28,886 nt of DNA. Origin: Synechococcaceae cyanobacterium (GTDB lineage: Bacteria > Cyanobacteriota > Cyanobacteriia > PCC-6307 > Cyanobiaceae). The stretch's first letter is position 1. Each line of letters begins with the position of its first letter. The DNA is taken from assembly GCA_947488815.1 (NCBI GenBank), contig CANLCC010000027.1:1-28886 (forward strand). The letters are read 5' to 3'. Under the pieces are notes generated by a model. It saw only the letters and a program-made list of their open reading frames with translations. It was not told the DNA's origin and did not search any database. Shown one piece after another: positions 10,859-20,689 of this stretch. The translations under genes and the position numbers were made by a program.

Positions 10859-11192
10859 GGGGCTCCTTCGCCGTGCAGGTGGCCATCAGTTCGTCGGCCC
10901 GACGCAGCAGATCCTCCCGCCGCTCGTAGGGGTTGCCGACCACCGGCACCGCCCTGACCGTGACGGCAAAGGCATTGTCCTTGCAGAGGGCGGTGACGAA
11001 CTGTCGGTCGAGCAGCCGGTCGGCCCGTTGCCGAGCCTGCTGACAGCTGGCCTCGTCATTGCCTTGGGCACAGGCCACGACCGCGTCGTAGACGGGGCGC
11101 AGGTCAGCGCGGGTCAGCGGTTCCCCCGGGGCCTGGGCGACCCCCGCCATCAGCAGAAGCGGCAGCAGGGCCCCTGGAAGCTGGGCTGTCAC
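10821..11192 (-). CDS. Hypothetical small secreted/periplasmic protein (123 aa, signal peptide ...LLMAGVAQA, 4 Cys)
   Basis: GTG start overlapping the PLD stop as GTGA. Signal peptide with AQA cleavage site. 3' end overlaps the convergent 10499..10858 ORF by 38 nt. Confidence 0.45.
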   Translation of the reverse strand: MTAQLPGALLPLLLMAGVAQAPGEPLTRADLRPVYDAVVACAQGNDEASCQQARQRADRLLDRQFVTALCKDNAFAVTVRAVPVVGNPYERREDLLRRADELMATCTAKEPPSAQPPGGQKRP

Positions 11193-12640
11193 GGCAGGGA
11201 TGCAGGGAGCGGCAGTCTGGCGGAAGCCGCACTATCGGATGGCGGTGGAGTTGACACCTCCAGTCCTCGTCCACACCGCCGCCGTCCCTGCTGCAGCTTG
11301 CGGGCCAGCCGCGGCGTCACCCCCAGACTGGCCCCCCGCCACAGGCGCTGCATCTCCCGCTCCACCTCCGCCGCCACCGCCGGAGCGTGGACGATCAGCA
11401 GCGTTTCGTCGTTGGTGGTCGCCGCCGCCGGGCTCCAGTTGAAGCTGCCGCTGATCACCGTCGATCCGTCGATCACCGCGAGCTTGTGGTGCAGCTTGTC
11501 CCCCCGGGCAAGTTTCGGGATGCCCACGGACGCCAGGGGCTGGGCCCAGGGACGGTTGCTGTGTTCCAGTCGGCAGCGCTGGTCCGGCAGCGTCACCCCC
11601 ATCAGATCCAGGAGTTCGGAATAGCTGCGGTAGGCGAACCCGGGGTCCACCAGGGCACGGATGCTGACGCCGCTGCGGGCACGGGCGGCCAGCACGTCGG
11701 CGAGGGGCTGGGCTGAAAACACAAACAGGGCCAAGTCGATGCCCCGTTGGGCCGACCCAAGGCGCTCGCCGATCAAGGCCAGGCCATTGGCCGGGTCGTC
11801 GTCCGCATGGGGGGCGAAGAGCACCTCCACCTCAGCAGCACCGAGGTGGACCCGGCGGGCCGAGCCCTCGCCCTTGTCCCTGCCGAAATGCCCCGTCCAC
11901 AGCCGCTCGAATTCCCCCCGGAACAGGCCGGCCAGGGCGGTGCTGTCGAAGCGGAACAGATGGTTCGCGTTGCCGCTGGTCCGGCCACCGTCGGCATCGC
12001 CGTGGATGTCGGAACTGCTGAAGTTGGCTGAACCGGTGACGACCCAGCGGCCATCCACCACCAGAAATTTGTGATGCATCAGGCCACTGCCCCGGCTGCC
12101 ATCACTGGTGTCATCCCGCAGCGGCACCCCCGAGGCTTCGAGCAGCGCCATCGCATCACCCCGGAATCGCTCTTCGCTGCTCAACCGCCCATCCCGGTCG
12201 TGATCCGCCAGGGCCGTCAGTTGCTCCAGTCGGTCGCGACCGTGGATGTCGAGCTCACTGGCATGCAGACCTCCCCAGGGTTGGCGATAGGTGTTTTCCA
12301 CCACCACCCGTACCGTCACTCCCGCCCGCTGCCGTTCCACCAGGGCTTCGGCGATGGCGGGCAGCGACAGTTCCTGAACGGCCACGACCACCTCCCTGCG
12401 AGCCCTTCGGATCGTGTCGATGATCAGGGCCTCGAGGTTGCTGCCCTCGCGCCACCGGCCCGAGGTGGGACTGCGGTAGCGCTCCAGCGTGTCGTGGTTG
12501 AAGGCCAGTTCTACGCCCTCCGGCAGGGGCAGACGCCGGTGGATGCGGGGGGTGAAGCCGGCCTGGGCGGTGCAGCCGGCCAGGAGCAGGCTGAGCAGCA
12601 GCAGCCATGGAACGGACCACGGCGGCGACGTCTTCGGCAT
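11189..12640 (-). CDS. Phospholipase D-family (two HKD motifs) lipoprotein; periplasmic PLD/cardiolipin-synthase-like or Nuc-like phosphodiesterase
   Basis: Two HxKxxxxD motifs (HHKFLVVDGRWVVTGSANFS and HHKLAVIDGSTVISGSFNWS). Lipoprotein signal MPKTSPPWSVPWLLLLSLLLAGC; start taken at that ATG (12640) rather than the longer ORF start at 12700. Confidence 0.8.
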   Translation of the reverse strand: MPKTSPPWSVPWLLLLSLLLAGCTAQAGFTPRIHRRLPLPEGVELAFNHDTLERYRSPTSGRWREGSNLEALIIDTIRRARREVVVAVQELSLPAIAEALVERQRAGVTVRVVVENTYRQPWGGLHASELDIHGRDRLEQLTALADHDRDGRLSSEERFRGDAMALLEASGVPLRDDTSDGSRGSGLMHHKFLVVDGRWVVTGSANFSSSDIHGDADGGRTSGNANHLFRFDSTALAGLFRGEFERLWTGHFGRDKGEGSARRVHLGAAEVEVLFAPHADDDPANGLALIGERLGSAQRGIDLALFVFSAQPLADVLAARARSGVSIRALVDPGFAYRSYSELLDLMGVTLPDQRCRLEHSNRPWAQPLASVGIPKLARGDKLHHKLAVIDGSTVISGSFNWSPAAATTNDETLLIVHAPAVAAEVEREMQRLWRGASLGVTPRLARKLQQGRRRCGRGLEVSTPPPSDSAASARLPLPASLP

Positions 12641-12674
12641 CCGGTCTGGGGAAGGAATCCCCAGGGTTCCCCGC

Positions 12675-12878
12675 TCAGCTGTGTTCAGGCATCTCGGCAA
12701 ACCGCAGCATCAGTGCGAACCAGAGGCAGCTCACCACCAGGGTGAGCAGGACCCCAGAACCGATGCCCCAGCGCGAAATCACGAGGGGCACCAGGATCGG
12801 CAGTGAGAGTGAACCTGCCAGGGGAAGGCTCAGCACCAGCCAGCGCAGGCCGGCGGAGGGTTGCTGTTTCAGAACCAT
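12675..12878 (-). CDS. Small hypothetical membrane protein (67 aa, 2 TM helices)
   Basis: ATG overlaps the stop of the upstream DUF4912 gene (ATGGTTCTGA, 10-nt overlap). Two hydrophobic helices LRWLVLSLPLAGSLSLPILVPLVI and GVLLTLVVSCLWFALML. Confidence 0.4.
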   Translation of the reverse strand: MVLKQQPSAGLRWLVLSLPLAGSLSLPILVPLVISRWGIGSGVLLTLVVSCLWFALMLRFAEMPEHS

Positions 12879-13963
12879 TCGGCCTGGGCCTGTTCCGGGG
12901 TGTTGGTGTTGTCTTCGGGGGTCGAGCGGTTGAACTGGAGGGTGATGTGGCGGTTCTGTTCGCCATCGGCCGCCACCGCTTTGATCGGATACAGCTGGTG
13001 ACCGTCGCGGAAGGGAACCTGGATGCGGAAGGTGCCGTCGGCCGAGAGGGGAACGACCTCATCGCCGATCGTGAGCGTGGCCGAGGGATCGGTGGCGCCG
13101 TAGACGATCAACTCGGCATCGGCCACCAGCCAGAAGGCCCGCTGCCGGGGGGCCACACCACCGATGCCGCTCTCGCTGCGACCGCTGGCCCAGCGGCCGA
13201 TGCCGGAGTCGTTGAGGGCGCGGGAGAGGGCTCCCCCTTCTTCGCCTTCCTGGTAGGCCTCGGAGCCTGTGCCCAGGCGGCGCCAGCGAATGGTGGCCGT
13301 CTGGTACAGGCGCTCGTGGAGGCTCACATCACCGGTTTCGGCCGGAGTGGGCAGGGGGAGGGAGATCGGTGCCGCTTCGAGGGAGAAGGGGACGAACTGG
13401 TCGAGGATCTGCTCGCTGGGATGGAGGGCCGGCACCCGGGCGACGGCCGAGAAGGCCAGGGAGTACCAACCGCCATCGGCCAGGCGGAAGCCCAGCTCGA
13501 CCCGATAGTCACGATCGCTGAGGGGAACAGGGAGGTACCACTCGCTGGCGTGGGCATCCACCACCACTTCCTGGAGGGTGTGGGGATGGCTGGCGCCATC
13601 CTGCAGGCCGGTCACATCGGACACCCGCAGACAGAGCTGCCGGGCACCCACGGCTTCTGCGGCCTGACGGCTGGCGGCCGAGATTTCCCAGAACACATAG
13701 GCCCACTGGGGATCGCGGGGGAGGAAGACAACGCGGGTGTCCGCCAGGGGCAGGGGGGCATCAACCAGGGCCTCCTCGAGCTCCGCCAGGGTGATGGCCG
13801 CCTCGACGGTGCCGGGGGCGCTGAATTCCTGACGGTGGCTGATGGCATCCAGCAGCTCCTCCTTCGACTTGCGGCTGTAGAGCGCAACGCCGAGGTCGCT
13901 GGCCACACGGCGCAGCTGGCGCAGGGTGAGACGGGCCAGGGAGGAGAGGGATTTGGAGACCAC
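12869..13963 (-). CDS. DUF4912-domain protein with N-terminal Rho-N-like (SAP-like) motif
   Basis: N-terminus SLSSLARLTLRQLRRVASDLGVALYSRKSKEELLDAI resembles the Rho termination factor N-terminal domain, followed by the conserved DUF4912 region (...DPQWAYVFWEI...). This architecture is widespread in cyanobacteria. Confidence 0.75.
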   Translation of the reverse strand: MVSKSLSSLARLTLRQLRRVASDLGVALYSRKSKEELLDAISHRQEFSAPGTVEAAITLAELEEALVDAPLPLADTRVVFLPRDPQWAYVFWEISAASRQAAEAVGARQLCLRVSDVTGLQDGASHPHTLQEVVVDAHASEWYLPVPLSDRDYRVELGFRLADGGWYSLAFSAVARVPALHPSEQILDQFVPFSLEAAPISLPLPTPAETGDVSLHERLYQTATIRWRRLGTGSEAYQEGEEGGALSRALNDSGIGRWASGRSESGIGGVAPRQRAFWLVADAELIVYGATDPSATLTIGDEVVPLSADGTFRIQVPFRDGHQLYPIKAVAADGEQNRHITLQFNRSTPEDNTNTPEQAQAEWF

Positions 13964-14125
13964 GGCTTCCGATTAGCTTCGGGATCACTTTGAAGGGTGT
14001 TTCCAGTCGTTACAACGAATCCGGGCGGTCACGTCAGCAATCGCTGATCCGTCCCGGGCTGGGACTATGCAGAAACTGCAAGATTTTGAGGCACCCCTGC
14101 CGCCCGGCAGCGGCGGATCGGAGCC

Positions 14126-14150
14126 ATAAAAAAAGCGCCCCGAAGGGCGC
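14126..14150 (-). terminator. Rho-independent terminator of cpcG (minus strand: GCGCCC-TTCG-GGGCGC followed by TTTTTTTA)
   Basis: Plus-strand A-run 14127-14134 followed by GCGCCC CGAA GGGCGC 14135-14150, read on the minus strand 48 nt after the cpcG stop. Confidence 0.6.
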
Positions 14151-14198
14151 CCAAGGGACCTTGAAGGACCCTCATCGTGTGTGTGGTGGGGGGCTGGC

Positions 14199-14960
14199 TC
14201 AGCGGCCGACGCTGCGGTACGGCACTTTCGCCAGGTAGTTGCCGCCCACGCCACTGCCTGCCGCCGCGGGTGTGCGCAGGGCCGGCAGGGAGCGGACCCA
14301 GGGCAGGTAGTCCTCGGGGAAGCCGCCGCGCCGCTGGCGGGAGCGCTCGGGCAGGGTGCGGGCCGTGCCGGTGTAGATGATCTGCGGGAATCCCAGAATT
14401 CCCCTGTGGTAAGCGTCGTAACGGGGCGAGGTGATGTTGAAGGGGGTTTCGCCCAGGTCACGGGAGCCCACCACGCGGTTGCGATGGAAGGGAACGGTGT
14501 CGTAGCCGAAGTTCTCGAGGTACTCCTGGCTATCGAGGATGGCATCGACGACACCCTTGACCCCTTGGGTCATCAGCACCGCGGACCAGGCGATCTCCTC
14601 GCTCTTGCCGTGGGTGGGGCGTCCCAGCAGCTTTTCCACCAGGTGGCGCACCACCTTGTAGTTGCTGTTGAGGTTGTAGAAACTGCGGGTGAAGGTGTCC
14701 GACAGGCACAGGGAACGAATGAACTCCCTGACCGTGATCTGTCCGTCCCGCAGCTGGGATTCCAGCGTGCGGTCACGGTCGACCTTGAAGGCATGGAAGA
14801 AGATCTGACGGTAGGCCGCCTCGATCACGAAATTCTGGTCTTCGCGATCCAGTGCCTTGTCGAGGGAGATCGCCTTCGGGTCCTCGTCGGAACCCACGCG
14901 GAAGGCTTTCACCCGGGAGTTCTGGGTGGTGGGCGCGTACTTCAGAAGGGGCAGGGCCAC
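14199..14960 (-). CDS. cpcG: Phycobilisome rod-core linker polypeptide CpcG (254 aa, GTG start)
   Basis: PBS-linker domain motifs EAAYRQIF, REFIRSLCLSDTFTRSFY, NYKVVRHLVEKLLGR. The N-terminus from the GTG at 14960 reads (M)ALPLLKYAPTTQNSRV, the canonical CpcG start. The listed ORF start at 15032 adds 24 spurious residues. Confidence 0.85.
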   Translation of the reverse strand: MALPLLKYAPTTQNSRVKAFRVGSDEDPKAISLDKALDREDQNFVIEAAYRQIFFHAFKVDRDRTLESQLRDGQITVREFIRSLCLSDTFTRSFYNLNSNYKVVRHLVEKLLGRPTHGKSEEIAWSAVLMTQGVKGVVDAILDSQEYLENFGYDTVPFHRNRVVGSRDLGETPFNITSPRYDAYHRGILGFPQIIYTGTARTLPERSRQRRGGFPEDYLPWVRSLPALRTPAAAGSGVGGNYLAKVPYRSVGR

Positions 14961-15078
14961 GCGTGCTCGGCATCCGTCGCAGCCGATCGTAGAAGTCACG
15001 TCCTGCGGCATCCGCCGACGGGGCGCCGGCACTCACAGTCCGTAACCTTTTCGCAACCCCACCGGGGGGGGCATGGCC

Positions 15079-15669
15079 TCACCAGCCCAGCAGTGACACC
15101 GCCTCCTGCCCCCGGGCCGGGGCGGCGTCGGTGCCGTCGTCATCCCCAAGGCGGGTCTCGATGCAGAGGCTGGCGGTGTTCGACAGCCCCTCGACGGTGC
15201 TGCTGCGCAGCCGTCGGTCTGGCCCGGCAAACCAGAAGCGCTCAACCGTGGTCATTGTTTCGTAGCCGGTGCTCAGCCACAGTTCGTTCCTCTCGTCGAG
15301 GCGGAACCGACCCGCCACCGGAGCGGTTTCGGCATAGCCGCGATCGCGCAGCAGCAGGCCCCTGCGCCCGGCCCCGTCCTCGGGAATGAGGGCGAAGAGG
15401 CTCTCCCCCTGATGCTGTTCACCGGCCTTGTCCCAGGCCATCGAGCCGCTCCAGCGCACGTGGCAGCCGCCCACGACCGCTGCGGGCTCTTGGCCGTGCA
15501 GGCGGGCGATGGCCTCAAACCGCGGGTCGCCGGCCTCGACCATGGCCACCACGATCAGCGAGCCGCCGGCTTCGGCCTGGCGGTGCAGCAGATGGTGGCT
15601 GCTGCGCTGGGAGCGCCAGCGGCCGGCGCTCAGGCGGAAGAAGCTGAGGGCATCGACGATCGCGTCCAT
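15079..15669 (-). CDS. cpcS: Phycobiliprotein bilin lyase, CpcS/CpeS/CpcU family
   Basis: N-terminal signature FFRLSAGRWRSQRSSHHLLHRQAEAGGS (family consensus SAGxWxSQRTSHHLA...E.G.S) and lipocalin-like length (about 196 aa). ATG at 15669 preferred over GTG at 15684. Confidence 0.75.
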   Translation of the reverse strand: MDAIVDALSFFRLSAGRWRSQRSSHHLLHRQAEAGGSLIVVAMVEAGDPRFEAIARLHGQEPAAVVGGCHVRWSGSMAWDKAGEQHQGESLFALIPEDGAGRRGLLLRDRGYAETAPVAGRFRLDERNELWLSTGYETMTTVERFWFAGPDRRLRSSTVEGLSNTASLCIETRLGDDDGTDAAPARGQEAVSLLGW

Positions 15670-15680
15670 GGGGCGGGGGG

Positions 15681-16058
15681 TCACGGCTCCGGTGGCCCCA
15701 TGCTGACGGGTCCCGGGTCGGCGGTCGCCGTGGCGGCACTGATCAGTTGATCGAGGCTCAGGGCCAGGGCGCTCACCCCCAGGTCGGCGGCCAGATCTTC
15801 AATCTGGATGGCGGCACTGATCAGCTGATCCACCAGCAGCCCGCGAAAGACCGCGTCGTCCGCCAAAGGGGGCTGGGCTGCGGCCCAGGCCTCCAGTCGG
15901 GCGCGGTCGGGGGGCGGCCCTTCGCAGCGGCCGGCCGCCTCCTGGAGGCTGCGCAGGGCGTGGGCCAGCAGCCGCAGGTGCTGTCGTTCGTGCAGGGGCA
16001 GGGGCACCGCCTCCAGCTGCAGGGATTCCGCGGCGCTGAGGGGGCCGGCCTCAGCCAT
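15681..16058 (-). CDS. Hypothetical protein (125 aa, Ala/Leu-rich, internal DQLISAA repeat)
   Basis: ATG overlaps the sufR stop in the classic ATGGCTGA arrangement. No recognisable family. Confidence 0.4.
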   Translation of the reverse strand: MAEAGPLSAAESLQLEAVPLPLHERQHLRLLAHALRSLQEAAGRCEGPPPDRARLEAWAAAQPPLADDAVFRGLLVDQLISAAIQIEDLAADLGVSALALSLDQLISAATATADPGPVSMGPPEP

Positions 16059-16710
16059 CGGTCGGATGGGGGGCGATGCGGAAGCCACAGGCATGGTCAC
16101 CGTCGAGCCGCCAGTGCACCCGCTCCACCGTGCAGTCGGGAAAGGTGCGACGGATGAGCTGCAGCTCCTGATCGCAGATCAGGGGGAAGGCCTCCGCCAC
16201 CCGTGACACCGAACAGTGGTACTCGTGCAGAAGCCAGGTGTCGGGGCCGGGCGGGTCGGGATCGGGGAGGGCATCGGCCACGTAGCCCTCCCGCCGTCGC
16301 AGCTCCACCAGCTGGCGGATCCGCTCGGCCAGGGGGCCATCGCCGATCTGCGCCCTGTAGGTGTCCGCCAGCTGCTCAGCCTGGCTGCGCAGCAGGGCCT
16401 GCACCTGGTCAGGGGGCAACGACTGGCTCAGGGATTCGAGCAGGCCCAGGGCGAACTGTTCGCTGCCATCGGGGAAACGGCCGCGACCGGCGGGGGTGAG
16501 CCGCCAGCGGTTGCTGGGCCGCCCTGGGCCGTGGCTGAGGGGGCTGGCCTCCACCAGGCCCTGGTCTTCGAGGCTGCGCAGGTGTCGGCGCAGCACCTGC
16601 ACCGACAGGCCGAGGTCGTCGGCCAGGGAGGCGGCGGTGGCTTCACCCTGGCGCAGCAGCAGGGTCAGGGTTGCCTCATGGGTGCCTGGAACTGGCGGGG
16701 AGACGCTCAT
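16051..16710 (-). CDS. sufR: Fe-S cluster biogenesis transcriptional regulator SufR (DeoR-type wHTH plus C-terminal Cys cluster)
   Basis: N-terminal HTH (ATLTLLLRQGEATAASLADDLGLSVQVLRRHLRSLEDQGLV). C-terminal Cys residues (HCSVSRVAEAFPLICDQE...DCTVERVHWRLDGDHACGF). Divergent from sufBCDS as in other cyanobacteria. Confidence 0.85.
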   Translation of the reverse strand: MSVSPPVPGTHEATLTLLLRQGEATAASLADDLGLSVQVLRRHLRSLEDQGLVEASPLSHGPGRPSNRWRLTPAGRGRFPDGSEQFALGLLESLSQSLPPDQVQALLRSQAEQLADTYRAQIGDGPLAERIRQLVELRRREGYVADALPDPDPPGPDTWLLHEYHCSVSRVAEAFPLICDQELQLIRRTFPDCTVERVHWRLDGDHACGFRIAPHPTDG

Positions 16711-16831
16711 CAGCTCGGCATGGCCTGGGCAGAGGCTAGGGCTGCAGGCCCCGGCAGGTCATACCCTTGCCTTACCCTGGGGATAGGAAACCGGGGTGTT
16801 TCGTAATTCTCCCGTCCTGATCGAAGGTCCC
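16711..16831. promoter_or_regulatory. sufR / ftrC-sufBCDS divergent promoter region, expected to contain SufR operator(s)
   Basis: 121-nt intergenic region between divergent starts. Contains inverted repeat GGCCTG-N17-CAGGCC (16722-16750). I could not confirm a SufR box from sequence. Confidence 0.35.
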
Positions 16832-17212
16832 ATGGCCGCTTCCTCTGAGCCCACCGGTGAGCCCACCGGGCAGACCCCTGCCGCCTCCGACAGCCTGGAG
16901 GTCATCCGGCGGTTCGCCGAGACCTACGCCCAGCGCACCGGCACCTATTTCTGCAGTGATCCCGGTGTCACCGCGGTGGTGCTCGCCGGCCTTGCCCGCC
17001 ACAAGGACGAGCTGGGCGGTGCCCTCTGCCCCTGCCGTCACTACGAAGACAAGCAGGCGGAGGTTGAGCAGGCCTTCTGGAACTGCCCCTGCGTGCCCAT
17101 GCGTGAGCGCAAGGAATGCCACTGCATGCTCTTCCTCACCGAGGACAACCCCTTCCGCGGTGACCTGCAGACCATCTCCATCGAGGAGATCCAGTCCCTC
17201 AGCGCCGGCTGA
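16832..17212 (+). CDS. ftrC: Ferredoxin:thioredoxin reductase catalytic (beta) subunit FtrC
   Basis: Signature CPCRHYEDK...[21 protein letters not shown] (the 4Fe-4S/redox-disulfide motif of FtrC) and [16 protein letters not shown]. An in-frame GTG at 16796 is an alternative start. Confidence 0.85.
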   Translation: MAASSEPTGEPTGQTPAASDSLEVIRRFAETYAQRTGTYFCSDPGVTAVVLAGLARHKDELGGALCPCRHYEDKQAEVEQAFWNCPCVPMRERKECHCMLFLTEDNPFRGDLQTISIEEIQSLSAG

Positions 17213-17222
17213 CCCCTCTCCG

Positions 17223-18722
17223 ATGACCGCCCTGCCCCTCAGCGACCCCTCCAGCGCCGGCACTGACGCCACCGTCAGTGCCTCCGTCAGTGCGGGCGTC
17301 GATGCCCTTGTGGCCCAGCCCTACCGCTATGGCTTCGTCACCGACATCGAGACCGAGAAGATCGCCAAGGGCCTCAGCGAAGATGTGGTCCGGCTGATCT
17401 CGGCGAAGAAGAACGAGCCTGCGTTCCTCCTCGATTTCCGCCTGCGGGCCTTCCGCCTGTGGCAGCGCATGGAAGAACCCGACTGGGCGGCCGTCAGCCA
17501 TCCCCCCATCGACTTTCAGGACATCGTTTACTGGGCCGCTCCCCGGCAGCAGGCCCGCAAGGCCAGCCTGGACGAAGTGGATCCGGTGCTGCTTGAGACC
17601 TTCGACAAGCTCGGCATCCCCCTCACCGAGCAGAAGCGCCTAGCCAACGTGGCGGTGGATGCGGTCTTCGACAGTGTTTCGATCGCCACCACCTACCGCG
17701 AAAAGCTTGCCGAACACGGCGTGATCTTCTGCTCCTTCGGTGAGGCGGTGGCTGAGCACCCTGAGCTGATCGAGCGCTGGCTGGGCTCGGTGGTGCCCAT
17801 GGCCGACAACTACTTTGCGGCGCTGAATTCTGCTGTCTTCAGTGACGGGTCTTTTGTGTACATCCCCCGCGGTGTGACCTGTCCGATGGATCTGTCGACC
17901 TATTTCCGCATCAACAGTGGCGACACCGGGCAGTTTGAGCGCACCTTAATCGTGGCCGAAGAAGGTGCGTCTGTCACGTACCTGGAGGGCTGCACGGCCC
18001 CCATGTTTGACACCAATCAGCTCCATGCTGCTGTTGTGGAGCTGGTGGCGCTTGATGACGCCAGCATCCGTTACTCGACAGTCCAGAACTGGTATGCCGG
18101 CGACGAGAACGGCAAAGGCGGCATCTACAACTTCGTCACCAAGCGCGGCCTCTGCAAAGGACCCCGCAGCCACATCAGCTGGACCCAGGTCGAAACCGGG
18201 TCTGCCATCACATGGAAATATCCCAGCTGTGTGCTGGTGGGAGAAGACTCCGTCGGAGAGTTCTATTCCGTGGCGCTCACCAACAACCGTCAGCAGGCTG
18301 ACACCGGCACCAAGATGGTTCACGTCGGCCCCCGCACCCGCTCCACCATCGTCAGCAAGGGCATCAGCGCCGGCCATTCGAGCAACAGCTACCGCGGTCT
18401 CGTGCAGATGGGCCCCCGCGCCATCGGCGCCCGCAATTACAGCCAGTGCGACTCGATGCTGATCGGTGATCAGGCGGCGGCCAACACCTATCCGACCATC
18501 CGTTCCCAGCAGCCCGAGGCCATGGTCGAGCACGAAGCCAGCACCTGTCGACTGTCGGAGGATCAGCTGTTCTATCTCCAGAGCCGTGGGATCGCCTTTG
18601 AAGAGGCGGTGTCGATGATGGTGAGTGGGTTCTGCCGTGATGTCTTCAGCCAGCTGCCCCTCGAATTTGCTGCCGAGGCCGACAAGCTGCTGGCCCTCAA
18701 GCTTGAGGGATCGGTGGGCTGA
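17223..18722 (+). CDS. sufB: Fe-S cluster assembly scaffold protein SufB
   Basis: 499 aa with typical SufB beta-helix core and conserved segments (...[30 protein letters not shown]...). ATG 10 nt after the ftrC stop. The upstream part of listed ORF 16857..18722 overlaps ftrC and is not coding. Confidence 0.9.
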   Translation: MTALPLSDPSSAGTDATVSASVSAGVDALVAQPYRYGFVTDIETEKIAKGLSEDVVRLISAKKNEPAFLLDFRLRAFRLWQRMEEPDWAAVSHPPIDFQDIVYWAAPRQQARKASLDEVDPVLLETFDKLGIPLTEQKRLANVAVDAVFDSVSIATTYREKLAEHGVIFCSFGEAVAEHPELIERWLGSVVPMADNYFAALNSAVFSDGSFVYIPRGVTCPMDLSTYFRINSGDTGQFERTLIVAEEGASVTYLEGCTAPMFDTNQLHAAVVELVALDDASIRYSTVQNWYAGDENGKGGIYNFVTKRGLCKGPRSHISWTQVETGSAITWKYPSCVLVGEDSVGEFYSVALTNNRQQADTGTKMVHVGPRTRSTIVSKGISAGHSSNSYRGLVQMGPRAIGARNYSQCDSMLIGDQAAANTYPTIRSQQPEAMVEHEASTCRLSEDQLFYLQSRGIAFEEAVSMMVSGFCRDVFSQLPLEFAAEADKLLALKLEGSVG

Positions 18723-18767
18723 TCCGGCCTCGACACCCTTGTCTGCTCCTGTTCCCCTGCCCGTCCG

Positions 18768-19546
<779 letters not shown>

Positions 19547-19550
<4 letters not shown>

Positions 19551-20689
19551 GCGTCACCCGTGATCGCTGGGCTGAGGTCCTCACCCCCCCAACCCTCCCC
19601 AGGGAGTGCCGAGAGAGCTGGCGTTTCACTGACCTGGCCCCCCTCAAGGCCCTGGACCCCGGTCGCCTCGCCCCCCGGGCCGGTGCCCCCATCACCCTGC
19701 CGGCTCCAGCCGCAGGGGTCGTGCGCCTCTGTCTCGGTCCCGATGGCCTCAGCTTCAGCCCTGATCCGGCGGCCATCCCCTGGCCCGCCGGGGTGAGCTG
19801 CTGCCCTGTTCCGACACCGTCGGCCGAGGCCACGGTGCTGGCCGAGCGGCTGGCCGCCGTGCTGCCTGGTCCTGCCCTGGGGCTGAGGCTGGCGGCCGGT
19901 GCCCGGCTGCGGCTGGAGCTGCTGGTGCAGCCAGACCTGCCGCTGGCGGTGGCGGCCCCGCGGCTGTGGTTCGACCTGGGGGCAGAAGCTTCCCTCGAGC
20001 TGGCCCTGGGGCTCTGGGGCCCCGCCGACTCGTTGCTGGTGACCTGGCTGGGCGCAAAGCTGGCCGGCGGCGCTGAACTGCTGGTGGGCCAGCGCCTTGA
20101 AGGGGCCGACAGTGCTGTCGCCCTGGTCGGCGACCACGTGGAGCAGGACCCTGGAAGCCGTTATCACCGCACGGCCGTCGTCAGTGGCTGGGCCCTTGCG
20201 CGCCTGGAGCCCCAGGTGTGCCAGACCAGCGGCCAGGCCAGCACCACCTTCCGCGATCTGGCCCTGGCCCGGGGGCAGGCCACCGTCGATCTCCACAGCC
20301 GCGTGCGCTTCGAGGGGCCCGAGGGCCAGCTCGATCAGCTGCATCGGGCCCTTGTGGACGATGGCGGCCAGAGTGTCTTCAACGGCGTGGTGCAGGTGCC
20401 GCAGCAGGCCCAGCGCACCGACGCCGCCCAGCTGAGTCGCCATCTGCTGCTGAGCCCCCGCGGCCGCGTCGACACCATCCCGCAGCTCGAGATCGTCGCC
20501 GATGACGTGCGTTGCAGCCATGGGGCCACCGTGAGCAGCCTCAGTGATGACGAGCTGTTCTATCTGCAGAGCCGTGGCATCGACCGTGCCCTGGCCCGTC
20601 GCCTGCTCACCCGCGGCTTCTGCCGACCGATCCTCGATGACCTCCCCCCCCTGGCGGCCGCCTGGCCCGCTGCTGAGCTGCTGCCATGA
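19547..20689 (+). CDS. sufD: Fe-S cluster assembly protein SufD
   Basis: ATGA overlap with sufC. SufB/D-family C-terminal beta-helix (...[11 protein letters not shown]...). Confidence 0.85.

Noticed and set aside
12803-13993. 396-aa plus ORF
   Set aside because: Antisense to the DUF4912 gene; G/A/E-rich mirror-frame artefact.
14181-15389. 402-aa plus ORF
   Set aside because: Antisense to cpcG and the CpcS-type lyase gene, both of which carry strong family signatures.
16857-17222. 5' extension of the sufB ORF overlapping ftrC
   Set aside because: Different frame from the strongly conserved FtrC. SufB begins at ATG 17223 (MTALPLSDP...), giving the normal length of about 500 aa.
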